NCBI GenBank assembly: GCA_039591655.1
Contig: JBDHDE010000008.1
Location: 1-64,000 of the forward strand
Direction of reading: 5' to 3'
DNA: 64,000 nt
DNA from: Gemmatimonadota bacterium
GTDB lineage: Bacteria > Gemmatimonadota > Gemmatimonadetes > Gemmatimonadales > GWC2-71-9
The translations under genes were made by a program, and so were the position numbers. The notes under the pieces are model-generated. The model saw only the letters and a program-made list of their open reading frames with translations. It made no database searches and was not told where the DNA came from. This document shows positions 47,805-57,269 of the stretch, piece after piece; positions within the stretch are counted from its first letter, which is position 1; each line of letters begins with the position of its first letter.

Positions 47805-49727
47805 GTGGCCCGATCCCGGGTGCGTCTGCAAGTAGTGCAAGGCGTTTTCGCCATCGCCCTCCTGGCGCTGCTGGTGCGCGCCGCGCAGGTGCAGATCCTC
47901 CAGGGTGCGCGCCACGCGGCCACCGCCCGCGCCCAACGCACGGAACGCAAGGAGATTCCGGCCCGGCGGGGCGCCCTCCTCGATCGCAACGGCACTCCCC
48001 TCGCCCTCACCCGCAAGACCCACCACGTGAACCTGGCGCGGCGGGAGATGGTCCATCCTGACAGCGTGATCCGGCTGCTGGTGCGGTACCTCGGAGTGTC
48101 CCGGCGCCAGGCCCGGCGCGAGGTCGCCGATTCATTCGGCTACCTCCACGGGCCGTTCAACTCCCTCGAGGTGGAGCCGCTGCAAGGAGTGCCGGGGGTG
48201 CACGTCAGCGAGCCAGAGCTGCAGCGGCATTACAGCGACCCCGAGCTGGCCCGGGCCGTGATCGGGCGTCCCGCCGAGCCCGGCCGTCCAGCCTCGGGAC
48301 TGGAGCGCATCCTCGACTCGCTGCTCACGGGCAGGCCCGGCTCCTCGGTGGTGCTGCACGACAGGCTGGGGAATGACATCGAGTCTCCCATCGGGCCCCG
48401 GGCTCTGCCGGTGGCCGGGCACACCGTGTTTCTCACCATCGACGCCCGGGCGCAGGAGATCGCCGAGTGGCTGCTGCAGGATGGGGTGGAGCAGTACGAA
48501 GCCTCGGGCGGGGACGTCGTCGTGCTCGATCCCAAGACCGGCGAGATCCTCGCGGTGGCGTCGGTCGATGCGCGGGGTCGCAGCACGGCCGATGCGTTCA
48601 CCAGCCAGTTCGAGCCGGGCTCCACTGCAAAGCTGTTTCTCGCGGCGGCGCTAATGGAGCACGGTCTGGCCCGCGAGACCGACAGCGTATGGGCCGAGGA
48701 GGGTGTCTTCCAGCTCGGCGGCCGGGTCATCCACGACGAGCACCCCAGCGGGTGGCTCACCCTGGCCGGCGTGATCGAGCAGTCGAGCAACATCGGCATC
48801 GCCAAGTTCGCCGAGCGGCTCTCGGCGGAGCGCCAGTTCGGGATGCTGCGGGACTTCGGGTTGGGCGCCCCCACCGGCGTGGAGTATCCGTCGGAGTCCG
48901 GCGGCCGGCTGTGGAAGCCGCACCAGTGGAGCGGGACCACGCCGGCGAGCTTGGCCATGGGATATGAGGTGGCGGTCACGGCCCTGCAGCTGGCCCAGGC
49001 CTACGGCGCAATCGCCAACGACGGCGTGATGCTGCAGCCCACCCTGATCCGGGAGGTCCGCTCACCCGACGGGCGGACGATCTACCGCCATGTGCCCGAG
49101 CCGGTGCGGAGGGTCCTGACCCCCGAGGTCGCGCGAGCCCTCCGTGCCATGCTGCACGGCGTGGTGTACCGGGGTGGGACGGCGCGGAACGCGGCCCTCA
49201 CCAGCTATGAGCTGGCCGGCAAGACCGGCACGGCACGACGGGCGGGTCCCGGCGGCTACGTACCCGGGGCGTACTACGCCAACTTCGCCGCGCTCTTCCC
49301 CGCCGACGATCCGCAGTTGGTGATGGTGGTGAAGCTGGTGGATCCCGAGGGCGGCTACGCGCGGCTCAGTGCCGCGCCCCTGACGCGGGCCATGGTGGAG
49401 CAGCTGCTGGCTGCGCGGAGCGGCGTGCTGGATCGCTCGCGCCTGGCGGTGGCGGAGGCGGGGGAGGGCTCGGAGGCGGCCATCGACGCCGGCACCGTGC
49501 CCTACGTCGTGGAGTGGCCTCTCTCGGAGATACCGGACACCCTCTCGCCCCGCCGGGTCCCGGACGTGGTGGGTCGCCCCCTGCGGGACGCCGCCCGCCG
49601 GCTGCACGAGGCGGGGCTGCGCGTGCGGGTGGTGGGCTGGGGCGTGGTGCGGAGCGTGGAGCCCCGTCCCGGCACGACGGTCGAGCCTGGTAGCCTGATC
49701 ACCGTGCGGGCGAGCGAGCGACGGTGA
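47805..49727 (+). CDS. ftsI: Class B PBP FtsI with C-terminal PASTA domain
   Basis: RG.L.DRNG, EPGSTAK (SxxK), SSN, KTGTA; VPDVVG PASTA repeat. Confidence 0.92.
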   Translation: MARSRVRLQVVQGVFAIALLALLVRAAQVQILQGARHAATARAQRTERKEIPARRGALLDRNGTPLALTRKTHHVNLARREMVHPDSVIRLLVRYLGVSRRQARREVADSFGYLHGPFNSLEVEPLQGVPGVHVSEPELQRHYSDPELARAVIGRPAEPGRPASGLERILDSLLTGRPGSSVVLHDRLGNDIESPIGPRALPVAGHTVFLTIDARAQEIAEWLLQDGVEQYEASGGDVVVLDPKTGEILAVASVDARGRSTADAFTSQFEPGSTAKLFLAAALMEHGLARETDSVWAEEGVFQLGGRVIHDEHPSGWLTLAGVIEQSSNIGIAKFAERLSAERQFGMLRDFGLGAPTGVEYPSESGGRLWKPHQWSGTTPASLAMGYEVAVTALQLAQAYGAIANDGVMLQPTLIREVRSPDGRTIYRHVPEPVRRVLTPEVARALRAMLHGVVYRGGTARNAALTSYELAGKTGTARRAGPGGYVPGAYYANFAALFPADDPQLVMVVKLVDPEGGYARLSAAPLTRAMVEQLLAARSGVLDRSRLAVAEAGEGSEAAIDAGTVPYVVEWPLSEIPDTLSPRRVPDVVGRPLRDAARRLHEAGLRVRVVGWGVVRSVEPRPGTTVEPGSLITVRASERR

Positions 49728-51190
49728 GCGACCTCCGGGCGGTGCTGGCTGCCCTGACCGCGGCGGGACAGCTGCTCGAGGCGCCCGACGACCTGCCCCC
49801 CATCGGCGGGATCAGCGACGACTCCCGGGAGGTCGTGCCCGGTGCGCTCTTCTGCGCGGTGCTGGGGACGGTGGTGGACGGGCATCGCTTCGTGGCCGAC
49901 GCCGCCGCACGGGGGGCCGCCGCCGCCCTGGTCACCCGCTCGGTGGAGACCTCCCTTCCCCAGATCCTGGTGCGCGACGGTCGCGCCGCGGCGAGCATCG
50001 CAGCCCGGGAGTGGTATGGCCATCCCGCCGAGGGACTGAGTGTCATAGGAGTCACTGGCACCAACGGCAAGACCACCACGGTGGCCCTGATCCGGCACCT
50101 GTTGAATGCAGAGGGCGTCGTCGCCTCCATCGGGACGCTGGGGGCGCTGGACGGAGCGGGGCGGCTCCTGGAGGGCCACGACACCCTCACCACTCCCGGC
50201 GCCATCGCGCTCCAGAGCGTGCTGGCGGAGTTACGCCGGCGGGGGACGAAGACGGTGGTGATGGAGGCGTCCTCCCACGCCCTCGACCAACGTCGGCTCG
50301 AGACGCTGCGGCTCCAGGCCGCCGTCTACACCAACCTCACCCACGAGCACCTCGACTACCACGGTGATCTGGAGGCGTACCGGCGGGCCAAGCTCGCACT
50401 GTCCGAGCTGCTGCAGCAGCGCGGCGTGGAGGTCGTGAATCAGGACGAGGAAGCCTGGCGCGGCTTGGCGTCGCGGCCGGGAATCCGTCGGGTCTGGTGG
50501 GGGCGTGGCGAGTCGGTGGAGGTGGGCGCGGGCTCGGTCGTCCTCGGCCCGTCGGGCTCGACGTTCGCGCTGCGGCTGGGTGGCGAGCCGCTGGATGTGG
50601 AGTTGCCGCTGCTGGGCGACTTCAACGTCGCCAATGCGCTGGCTGGCGCCGCGACGGCGTGGGCGCTCGGTGTCGAGCCCGCGACACTCGCCACCCGCCT
50701 GGCGGGCGCGCCCCAGGTGCCAGGGCGGATGGAGCGGCTCCACGCAGGGGAGTTCGTGGTGTTGCGCGACTACGCACACACGCCCGACGCCCTGGAGCGG
50801 GCCGTTGCGGCGCTCCGGGCCGTCACGCAGGGACGGCTCGTGGTGCTGTTCGGGGCGGGTGGGGATCGCGATCGGTCCAAGCGTCCCCTCATGGGAAGGG
50901 TTGCGGCTAGCGGGGCGGATCTCGCCGTCGTCACATCGGACAACCCCCGCACGGAGGATCCCGATGCGATCATCGACGAGATCGAGACCGGGATGAGCGG
51001 CGAGTCGCACCTGCGCATCACCGACCGCCGCGCGGCGATTCATCGGGCCCTGGCCCTCCTCGGTCCCGGCGACGTGCTGCTGCTAGCCGGGAAGGGACAC
51101 GAGACCTACCAGGTCATCGGTACCGAGCGCCTCCCGTTCGACGAGCGGGAGATCGTCCAGGCGGCCCTCGCCGCAGGGGAAGCGACGTGA
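49724..51190 (+). CDS. murE: MurE ligase (DNPR motif, meso-DAP type)
   Basis: GVTGTNGKTT, MEASSH, DYAHTPD, SDNPR, AGKGHE. Confidence 0.96.
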   Translation: MSDLRAVLAALTAAGQLLEAPDDLPPIGGISDDSREVVPGALFCAVLGTVVDGHRFVADAAARGAAAALVTRSVETSLPQILVRDGRAAASIAAREWYGHPAEGLSVIGVTGTNGKTTTVALIRHLLNAEGVVASIGTLGALDGAGRLLEGHDTLTTPGAIALQSVLAELRRRGTKTVVMEASSHALDQRRLETLRLQAAVYTNLTHEHLDYHGDLEAYRRAKLALSELLQQRGVEVVNQDEEAWRGLASRPGIRRVWWGRGESVEVGAGSVVLGPSGSTFALRLGGEPLDVELPLLGDFNVANALAGAATAWALGVEPATLATRLAGAPQVPGRMERLHAGEFVVLRDYAHTPDALERAVAALRAVTQGRLVVLFGAGGDRDRSKRPLMGRVAASGADLAVVTSDNPRTEDPDAIIDEIETGMSGESHLRITDRRAAIHRALALLGPGDVLLLAGKGHETYQVIGTERLPFDEREIVQAALAAGEAT

Positions 51191-52527
51191 TCTGGACGAG
51201 CGAGCGTGTGGCCCGGGTGCTGGGCACCGCGGCGCGGCTGGCGCGGCGGTTCGCGACGGTCAGCACCGACACCCGCACCCTGGAGGACGGAGCGCTGTTC
51301 GTGGCGCTGGTCGGGGAACGGTTCGACGGGCACGACTATCTGGCCGACGCGGAGGCACGGGGGGCTGCGGGCGCAGTGGTGCGCCGGGGAACGGGAGCGG
51401 TGGGGGGCCTCGCCACCTTCGAGGTGGAGGATACCCTGGCCGCGCTCGGCGCCCTGGCCAGGGAGCGGCGGCGCGCGGTCGAGGGCCCCGTAGTGGCCGT
51501 GACCGGCACCAACGGCAAGACGGCTGTCAAGGAAATGCTGGCTCGGGCCCTGGGCACCCAGTGGAGGGTGCACGCGACCCACGGCAACCTCAATAACCTG
51601 GTGGGCGTGCCGCTCACCGTGCTGTCCGCCCCCGGCGACACCGATGCGTTGGTGCTCGAGGCCGGTGCCAGTGTGCCGGGGGAGATCCGTTGCCTGCGGG
51701 ACATCATCGAGCCCACGGTCGGTGTGGTGACCAACGTCTCGGGTGCACACCTCGAGGGCTTCGGCTCGCTGGAAGGGGTGCTCCAGGAGAAGCTCGCGCT
51801 CCTCGAGAGCGTGCCGCTGGCCGTGGTGGGCAGCGAGCCGCCGGAGTTGGCCCGGCGTGCCCGGGAGGCAGCCGGTCGCGTGGTTGTTGCCGGACGGGCC
51901 GACGCCGCCGATGCCCGGCCCGAAGCGTGGGGGCTCGACGAGACGGGGCGGGCGGAGCTGACTTTCGGAGGGGTCCCCGTGCGGTTGCCGCTGGTCGGCG
52001 CGCATCAGGTCGAGAACGCAATGCTGGCACTGGCGGTCGCGGCCGAGTTGGGCCTCGAGCTCAGCACCGTGGCCCGGGCGCTGGACCAGCTCACCCTCCC
52101 CCCCGGTCGGTGTGAGGTGCTCAGGGACGGCGACCTCGTGGTGCTCCACGACGCTTACAACGCCAACCCGGCGTCGATCGCCGCATCGTTGGAGACGGCT
52201 CGGGTCATGCGGGGGGAGCGGCCCCTGGTCGTGGTGCTGGGCACCATGCTCGAGCTGGGCGACCAGAGTGAGGTGCTGCACGAAAGCACCGCCGACGGGG
52301 TGATGGCGGCCGGGCCGGCGCTCGTCGGCGCCGTGGGCGCCTTCGTGCCGGCGTTCGAGCGTCATCGGGCGACCCTCGGCGACCGGTTGCTCACCGCCTC
52401 CGACCCCGCCACTTTGGGGGGGCTCCTCGCGCCGCGGCTCGATGGTCGGGAGTTCGTGCTGCTCAAGGCCTCGCGAGGTGTCCGTATGGAGCGCGTGATT
52501 CCGTTTCTCATCTCGAACAGCGAGTAG
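51187..52527 (+). CDS. murF: MurF ligase
   Basis: GERFDGH, TGTNGKT, NLNNLVGVP, DAYNANP, LKASRG. Confidence 0.95.
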   Translation: MIWTSERVARVLGTAARLARRFATVSTDTRTLEDGALFVALVGERFDGHDYLADAEARGAAGAVVRRGTGAVGGLATFEVEDTLAALGALARERRRAVEGPVVAVTGTNGKTAVKEMLARALGTQWRVHATHGNLNNLVGVPLTVLSAPGDTDALVLEAGASVPGEIRCLRDIIEPTVGVVTNVSGAHLEGFGSLEGVLQEKLALLESVPLAVVGSEPPELARRAREAAGRVVVAGRADAADARPEAWGLDETGRAELTFGGVPVRLPLVGAHQVENAMLALAVAAELGLELSTVARALDQLTLPPGRCEVLRDGDLVVLHDAYNANPASIAASLETARVMRGERPLVVVLGTMLELGDQSEVLHESTADGVMAAGPALVGAVGAFVPAFERHRATLGDRLLTASDPATLGGLLAPRLDGREFVLLKASRGVRMERVIPFLISNSE

Positions 52528-52529
52528 CC

Positions 52530-53651
52530 GTGCTCTACCATCTCCTGGCGCCGCTGGGCTCCAAGTTCATCGCCTTCAATCTCTTCAACTACATCAGCTT
52601 CCGTGCTGCCGGCGCGGCGGCGACGGCCATCGTGCTGGCGTTTCTCGTCGGGCCGGCGGTCATTCGCCTCTTGCACAAGCACAACGTGGGGCAGGTGATC
52701 CGGGCCGAGGGCCCCGCGTCGCACCAGGCCAAGCGCGGCACGCCCACCATGGGGGGCGTCATTCTCCTGCTTTGCACCCTGGTGCCGACGGTGCTGTGGG
52801 CGCGGCTCGACAACCGGTTCGTGTTGGTGGCCGCCGTCGCCACGCTGTGGATGGGGTGCATCGGGTTCGTGGACGACTACCTCAAGTTCGTGTCGGGGAA
52901 GTCCAGGGGCCTCGTGGCGCGGCACAAGCTGATTGGCCAGACGACGTTCGGGATCGTCCTCGCCACCTACCTGCTGCTCTATCCACTGGTGGACACGATC
53001 CCGGCCAGCTGGACGACGCTGCCGTTCTTCAAGTACGCCCTGCTCCCGCTGCCGGCCCTGCTGTACATCGCCTTCGTCGCCCTGGTGCTCACGGGGACGA
53101 GTAATGCGGTGAATCTGACCGACGGTCTGGACGGCCTCGCCATCGGTCTCACGGCCGTCGCGGCGGTGGCGTTCGCCATCTTCGCGTACCTCTTCGGGCG
53201 CACCGACGCGGCCGAGTACCTGCTGGTGTACTACCTCCCCGGAGCCGGCGAGCTCACGGTGTTCTGCGCCAGCATGCTCGGTGCGGCGCTGGGATTCCTG
53301 TGGTTCAACGCCCATCCGGCAGAGGTGTTCATGGGCGACACCGGCAGCCTCGCCATTGGCGGGGCGTTCGGCACGGTGGCGATCCTGCTGAAGTCGGAGT
53401 TCCTCCTGCTCCTGGTGGGCGGCGTGTTTGCGGCGGAGGCGCTCTCGGTCATCATCCAGACGGGCGTGTTCCGCTGGCGCAAGCGGAAGTACGGCCGGGA
53501 GTACGCGCAACAGCACCGCGTGTTCCGGATGACACCGCTGCATCACCACTTCGAGAAGCTGGGGTGGCCCGAGTCCAAGGTGGTGATGCGGTTCTACATC
53601 GTCGGGATACTGTGCGCGCTGTTCGCGCTCTCCACACTCAAGATTCGATGA
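52530..53651 (+). CDS. mraY: Phospho-N-acetylmuramoyl-pentapeptide transferase
   Basis: GTPTMGG, DDYLK, NAVNLTDGLDGL, FMGDTGS, PLHHHFE. Confidence 0.97.
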   Translation: MLYHLLAPLGSKFIAFNLFNYISFRAAGAAATAIVLAFLVGPAVIRLLHKHNVGQVIRAEGPASHQAKRGTPTMGGVILLLCTLVPTVLWARLDNRFVLVAAVATLWMGCIGFVDDYLKFVSGKSRGLVARHKLIGQTTFGIVLATYLLLYPLVDTIPASWTTLPFFKYALLPLPALLYIAFVALVLTGTSNAVNLTDGLDGLAIGLTAVAAVAFAIFAYLFGRTDAAEYLLVYYLPGAGELTVFCASMLGAALGFLWFNAHPAEVFMGDTGSLAIGGAFGTVAILLKSEFLLLLVGGVFAAEALSVIIQTGVFRWRKRKYGREYAQQHRVFRMTPLHHHFEKLGWPESKVVMRFYIVGILCALFALSTLKIR

Positions 53652-54991
53652 TCCCCAAGGCGTGGCGGCGCGGGGAAGTGGCGGTGGTGGGGTTGGGACG
53701 GAGCGGACGCGCCGCCGGGCGGTGGCTGGCCGAGCGGGGCATCGCGGTGTACGCGTCGGACGCGGCGGACACGGACGCAGTGCGGACCGCCGCGGAAGGT
53801 CTGCGCGCCGTCGGCGCCGATGTGGAGGTAGGCCGACACGACCTCGAGCGAATCCGTCGGGCCACGGCCGTCGTCGTTTCCCCCGGAGTGCCCCCGGATG
53901 CGCCACCGGTGGCGGCCGCCCGGGAAGCCGGCCTGGATATCGTGGCGGAGCTCGATCTCGGCGCGCGAGCGTTGTCCGGAGCGCGCCTCGTCGTGGTGAC
54001 CGGCACGAACGGGAAGACCACAACGACCGCCCTGGTGGCGCACCTCCTCGCCGCGGCGGGGCTTCCCGCCGAGGCCGCGGGCAACATCGGGCGCCCCCTC
54101 ACCGATCTGGCGGCCGATCCCAAGCCGCCGCAGTGGGTCGCCGTGGAGGTCTCGTCGTTTCAGCTCCATGACTCACCGCACCTGGCCCCGGCCGTCGGCG
54201 TGCTCACCAACCTCGCCCCCGATCACCTCGATCGCTACGCGAGCGTGGACGCGTACTATGCGGACAAGCGGCAGCTGTTCCGCAACGCCGGGAACGACTC
54301 GGTGTGGGTGCTCAACGGCGACGATTCCGCGGTGCTCGAGCTCGCCCGGGGCGCGAGCGGCGCCCATCGGCACTTCAGTCTCGCGCGGCGCGCTGATGCG
54401 TGGTACGACCGCGAAGCCGACTGGTTGATGCTGCGCGACGCGCCGCTGCTGGCGCGGCAGGAGCTCACCCTCCTCGGCGACCACAACGTAGCCAACGCCC
54501 TCGCCGCCGCCCTTGCCGCCACGAGCGCCGGCGCCAGGGCCGCCGACGTCGCCCGAGGTCTCGCGAGCTTCACGCCGCCACGCCATCGCCTCGAGCCGGT
54601 GCGCACCGTGGTGGACGTACAGTGGATCAACGACTCCAAGGCGACGAACGTCTCGGCAGCGGCGGTGGCCATCGCGGCGATGACGACTCCATACGTGCTC
54701 ATTCTCGGTGGTCGTCCCAAGGGCGAGCCGTTTGCACCGCTGGCGCCGCTTCTCGAGGAGCGCTGCCGCCGTGTCGTCGCCTACGGTGAGGCCGCAGCGG
54801 CAATCGCCGACCAGCTTAGCGCCGCATCGGTAGACGTGGTGCCGGAGTTCGACGGCGCCGTCGAGCGGGCAGGCGAGCTGGCGAGGCCCGGGGAAGCGGT
54901 GCTGCTGTCCCCTGCCTGCGCCAGCTTCGACCAATTCGAGAACTTCGAAGAGCGGGGAGACCGGTTCCGCCGGATGGTGGAAGCGCTGTGA
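53648..54991 (+). CDS. murD: MurD ligase
   Basis: GLGRSG, SPGVP, TGTNGKTT, EVSSFQL, NDSKATN, SPACASFD. Confidence 0.96.
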   Translation: MIPKAWRRGEVAVVGLGRSGRAAGRWLAERGIAVYASDAADTDAVRTAAEGLRAVGADVEVGRHDLERIRRATAVVVSPGVPPDAPPVAAAREAGLDIVAELDLGARALSGARLVVVTGTNGKTTTTALVAHLLAAAGLPAEAAGNIGRPLTDLAADPKPPQWVAVEVSSFQLHDSPHLAPAVGVLTNLAPDHLDRYASVDAYYADKRQLFRNAGNDSVWVLNGDDSAVLELARGASGAHRHFSLARRADAWYDREADWLMLRDAPLLARQELTLLGDHNVANALAAALAATSAGARAADVARGLASFTPPRHRLEPVRTVVDVQWINDSKATNVSAAAVAIAAMTTPYVLILGGRPKGEPFAPLAPLLEERCRRVVAYGEAAAAIADQLSAASVDVVPEFDGAVERAGELARPGEAVLLSPACASFDQFENFEERGDRFRRMVEAL

Positions 54992-56127
54992 GACGCCTCC
55001 ACGCCGACCTCGGCGCGCTGTGGGAGAGTCGTCTCCTCGGGCTGATCGCCGCGACGCTCGTGGTGTTCGGGATAGCGGCGGTGTATGGGGCGTCCAGTAT
55101 CCACGCCATTCAGGAGGGGCGTCCCGGCACATACTACGCAATGCGCCAGCTCATCTGGACCGTCCTGGGCGTGACGGTGCTGCTCGTGGCTGCGCGCCTC
55201 GACTACCGGCTGTGGCGGCGCCACGCCTGGGTCCTTCTCGGAGTCGCGGCGGTGTTGCTGATCGTGCCGCTCCTGCCGTTCACGCGCGGGATCGCACCGG
55301 AAGTGAACGGCGCCAGGCGGTGGATCGACATGGGTGCCTTCTTCCTGCAGCCCTCGGAGCTCGCGAAGCTCGCGGTGGTGGTGTGGACGGCCATGCTGGC
55401 GGTGAAGAAGGGCCCCGCGCTGCGGGAATTCAAGAAGGGGCTCCTGCCGTTCCTCGTGATCATGCTGCTGCTCGCCGGTCTCATCGTGCTGGAGCCGGAC
55501 CTCTCGACAGCGACCCTGGTCGTCATCCTCGGTGGGGTGGTGCTGTTCACCGCCGGCGCGCGCATCGGACACTTCCTCGTCCTGGCCATCGGTTTGATCC
55601 TGCTCCTGTGGCGCGAGATCGTGTCGATGCAGTACCGCGTGGTCCGCATGGTGGATTTCCTGGCCGCGGGAGGCGACGCCGCCGAGGCGGGGTGGCAGAT
55701 GCAGCAGTCGCTCATCGGCATGGGCGCCGGCCGTGTCATCGGGGTGGGCTTCGGCGAGGGTCTGCAGAAGCTGGGGTACCTGCCGTATGCCCACTCGGAC
55801 TTCATCTTCAGCACCATCGGTGAGGAGTGGGGCTTCCTCGGCGTCACGCTGATGCTGGTGTTGTTGGCGCTGTACCTGTGGCTCGGCTTTCGTATCGCTC
55901 GTGCCGCCCCTGATTCCTTCGGGATGCTACTGGCCACCGGACTCACCGCGATGATCGGGATCGCCGCGGTGCTCCACATCGGGGTGACCCTGGCGGTAGT
56001 GCCCACCACCGGCCTGCCGTTGCCGTTCATCTCGCACGGCGGCTCCAACCTGGTCGTCTCCCTCCTGGCGACGGGCATCATCATCAGCGTGGCCCGGGCG
56101 CCGCGGCAGGCGGAGGCCCGCAAGTGA
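54988..56127 (+). CDS. ftsW: SEDS peptidoglycan polymerase FtsW
   Basis: GARRW, QPSELAK, LEPD, HSDFIF..IGEEWG, GLPLPFISHGG. Confidence 0.94.
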   Translation: MRRLHADLGALWESRLLGLIAATLVVFGIAAVYGASSIHAIQEGRPGTYYAMRQLIWTVLGVTVLLVAARLDYRLWRRHAWVLLGVAAVLLIVPLLPFTRGIAPEVNGARRWIDMGAFFLQPSELAKLAVVVWTAMLAVKKGPALREFKKGLLPFLVIMLLLAGLIVLEPDLSTATLVVILGGVVLFTAGARIGHFLVLAIGLILLLWREIVSMQYRVVRMVDFLAAGGDAAEAGWQMQQSLIGMGAGRVIGVGFGEGLQKLGYLPYAHSDFIFSTIGEEWGFLGVTLMLVLLALYLWLGFRIARAAPDSFGMLLATGLTAMIGIAAVLHIGVTLAVVPTTGLPLPFISHGGSNLVVSLLATGIIISVARAPRQAEARK

Positions 56128-57218
56128 TCCGCGTGCTCATCGCCGGCGGCGGGACCGGGGGCCACCTCATGCCGGCCCTGGCGCTGGCCGACGCCCTGGT
56201 CGCCGTGCGCGACGATGTGGAGCCGGTGCTCGTGGGCGCCGCTCGGGGCGTGGAGGCGGCGCTTCTCCCGTCGCGGCCCTACCGGCACCATCTGCTGCCG
56301 GTGGAACCCATCTACCGGCGGGCGTGGTGGAGGAACCTGCGGTGGCCGCTCATCCTCGCGCGCCTGTTGCGGCAGGGCGCCGCGGTGCTGGAGGCCGAGC
56401 GCCCAGCCGTCGCCGTGGGCACGGGCGGCTATGCGGCCGGGCCCATCCTGCTGCAGGCGCTGAGGCGCGGCGTCCCGCTGGCGTTGCAGGAGCAGAACGC
56501 CCTTCCGGGCCTCACCACACGCTGGCTCGCGCGCCATGCGCGGCAGATCCACCTGGGGTTTCCCGAGGGTAAGCGGCATCTCAAGCTCGGCGCCGCCACC
56601 GAGGTGTTCGAGCTCGGCAACCCCATCGCCCCGCCTCCCTCCCCACGCCCGTCACAGGACTCCGCCTGTGCAAAGCTGGGCATCGCCCCCGGGAGCCAAG
56701 TCATACTCGTCATGGGCGGGAGCCAGGGCGCCCGGAGCGTGAACCACGCGGTGGCGCAGACCCTCGACGCCGGTCTGCTACCAGACGTCACCGTGCTGTG
56801 GAGCACCGGGGCCACTCTGTTCGACGAGTACCGCCGCTACCACCGGCCGCCGCTGCGCCAGCTGCGTCCCTTCTGGGATCCCATCGCCGAGGCTTACGGA
56901 GCGGCAGATCTCGTCGTCGCCCGGGCCGGGGCCATGACCACCGCCGAGCTCTGCGCCTGGGGGCTCCCCGCGATCCTGGTGCCGCTGCCGTCGGCCGCGG
57001 CGGGCCACCAGGCCCGGAACGCAGCGGCCCTGGCGGCAGCTGGGGCCGCGGTCCACGTGCCGGAGGCGTCGTTGGGGCAGCGGACCGTGGGGGAGGAGGT
57101 CCAGCGGCTCCTCGGTGACCCCTCCCGGCTCGCCGCAATGGGCCGGGCAGCCCTCGCCAGGGGGCACCCGAAAGCAGCCGAAGACATCGCCCGCCAGCTC
57201 CTAGCCCTAGTGAGCTAA
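56124..57218 (+). CDS. murG: MurG glycosyltransferase
   Basis: GGGTGGH, GTGGY, EQN, GNP, GGSQGA, RAGAMT.AE. Confidence 0.96.
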   Translation: MIRVLIAGGGTGGHLMPALALADALVAVRDDVEPVLVGAARGVEAALLPSRPYRHHLLPVEPIYRRAWWRNLRWPLILARLLRQGAAVLEAERPAVAVGTGGYAAGPILLQALRRGVPLALQEQNALPGLTTRWLARHARQIHLGFPEGKRHLKLGAATEVFELGNPIAPPPSPRPSQDSACAKLGIAPGSQVILVMGGSQGARSVNHAVAQTLDAGLLPDVTVLWSTGATLFDEYRRYHRPPLRQLRPFWDPIAEAYGAADLVVARAGAMTTAELCAWGLPAILVPLPSAAAGHQARNAAALAAAGAAVHVPEASLGQRTVGEEVQRLLGDPSRLAAMGRAALARGHPKAAEDIARQLLALVS

Positions 57219-57269
57219 GTCCAAAAGCTTTCGTAACTTTCGCGTTCGCCTTATATTTGCTGCCCACAG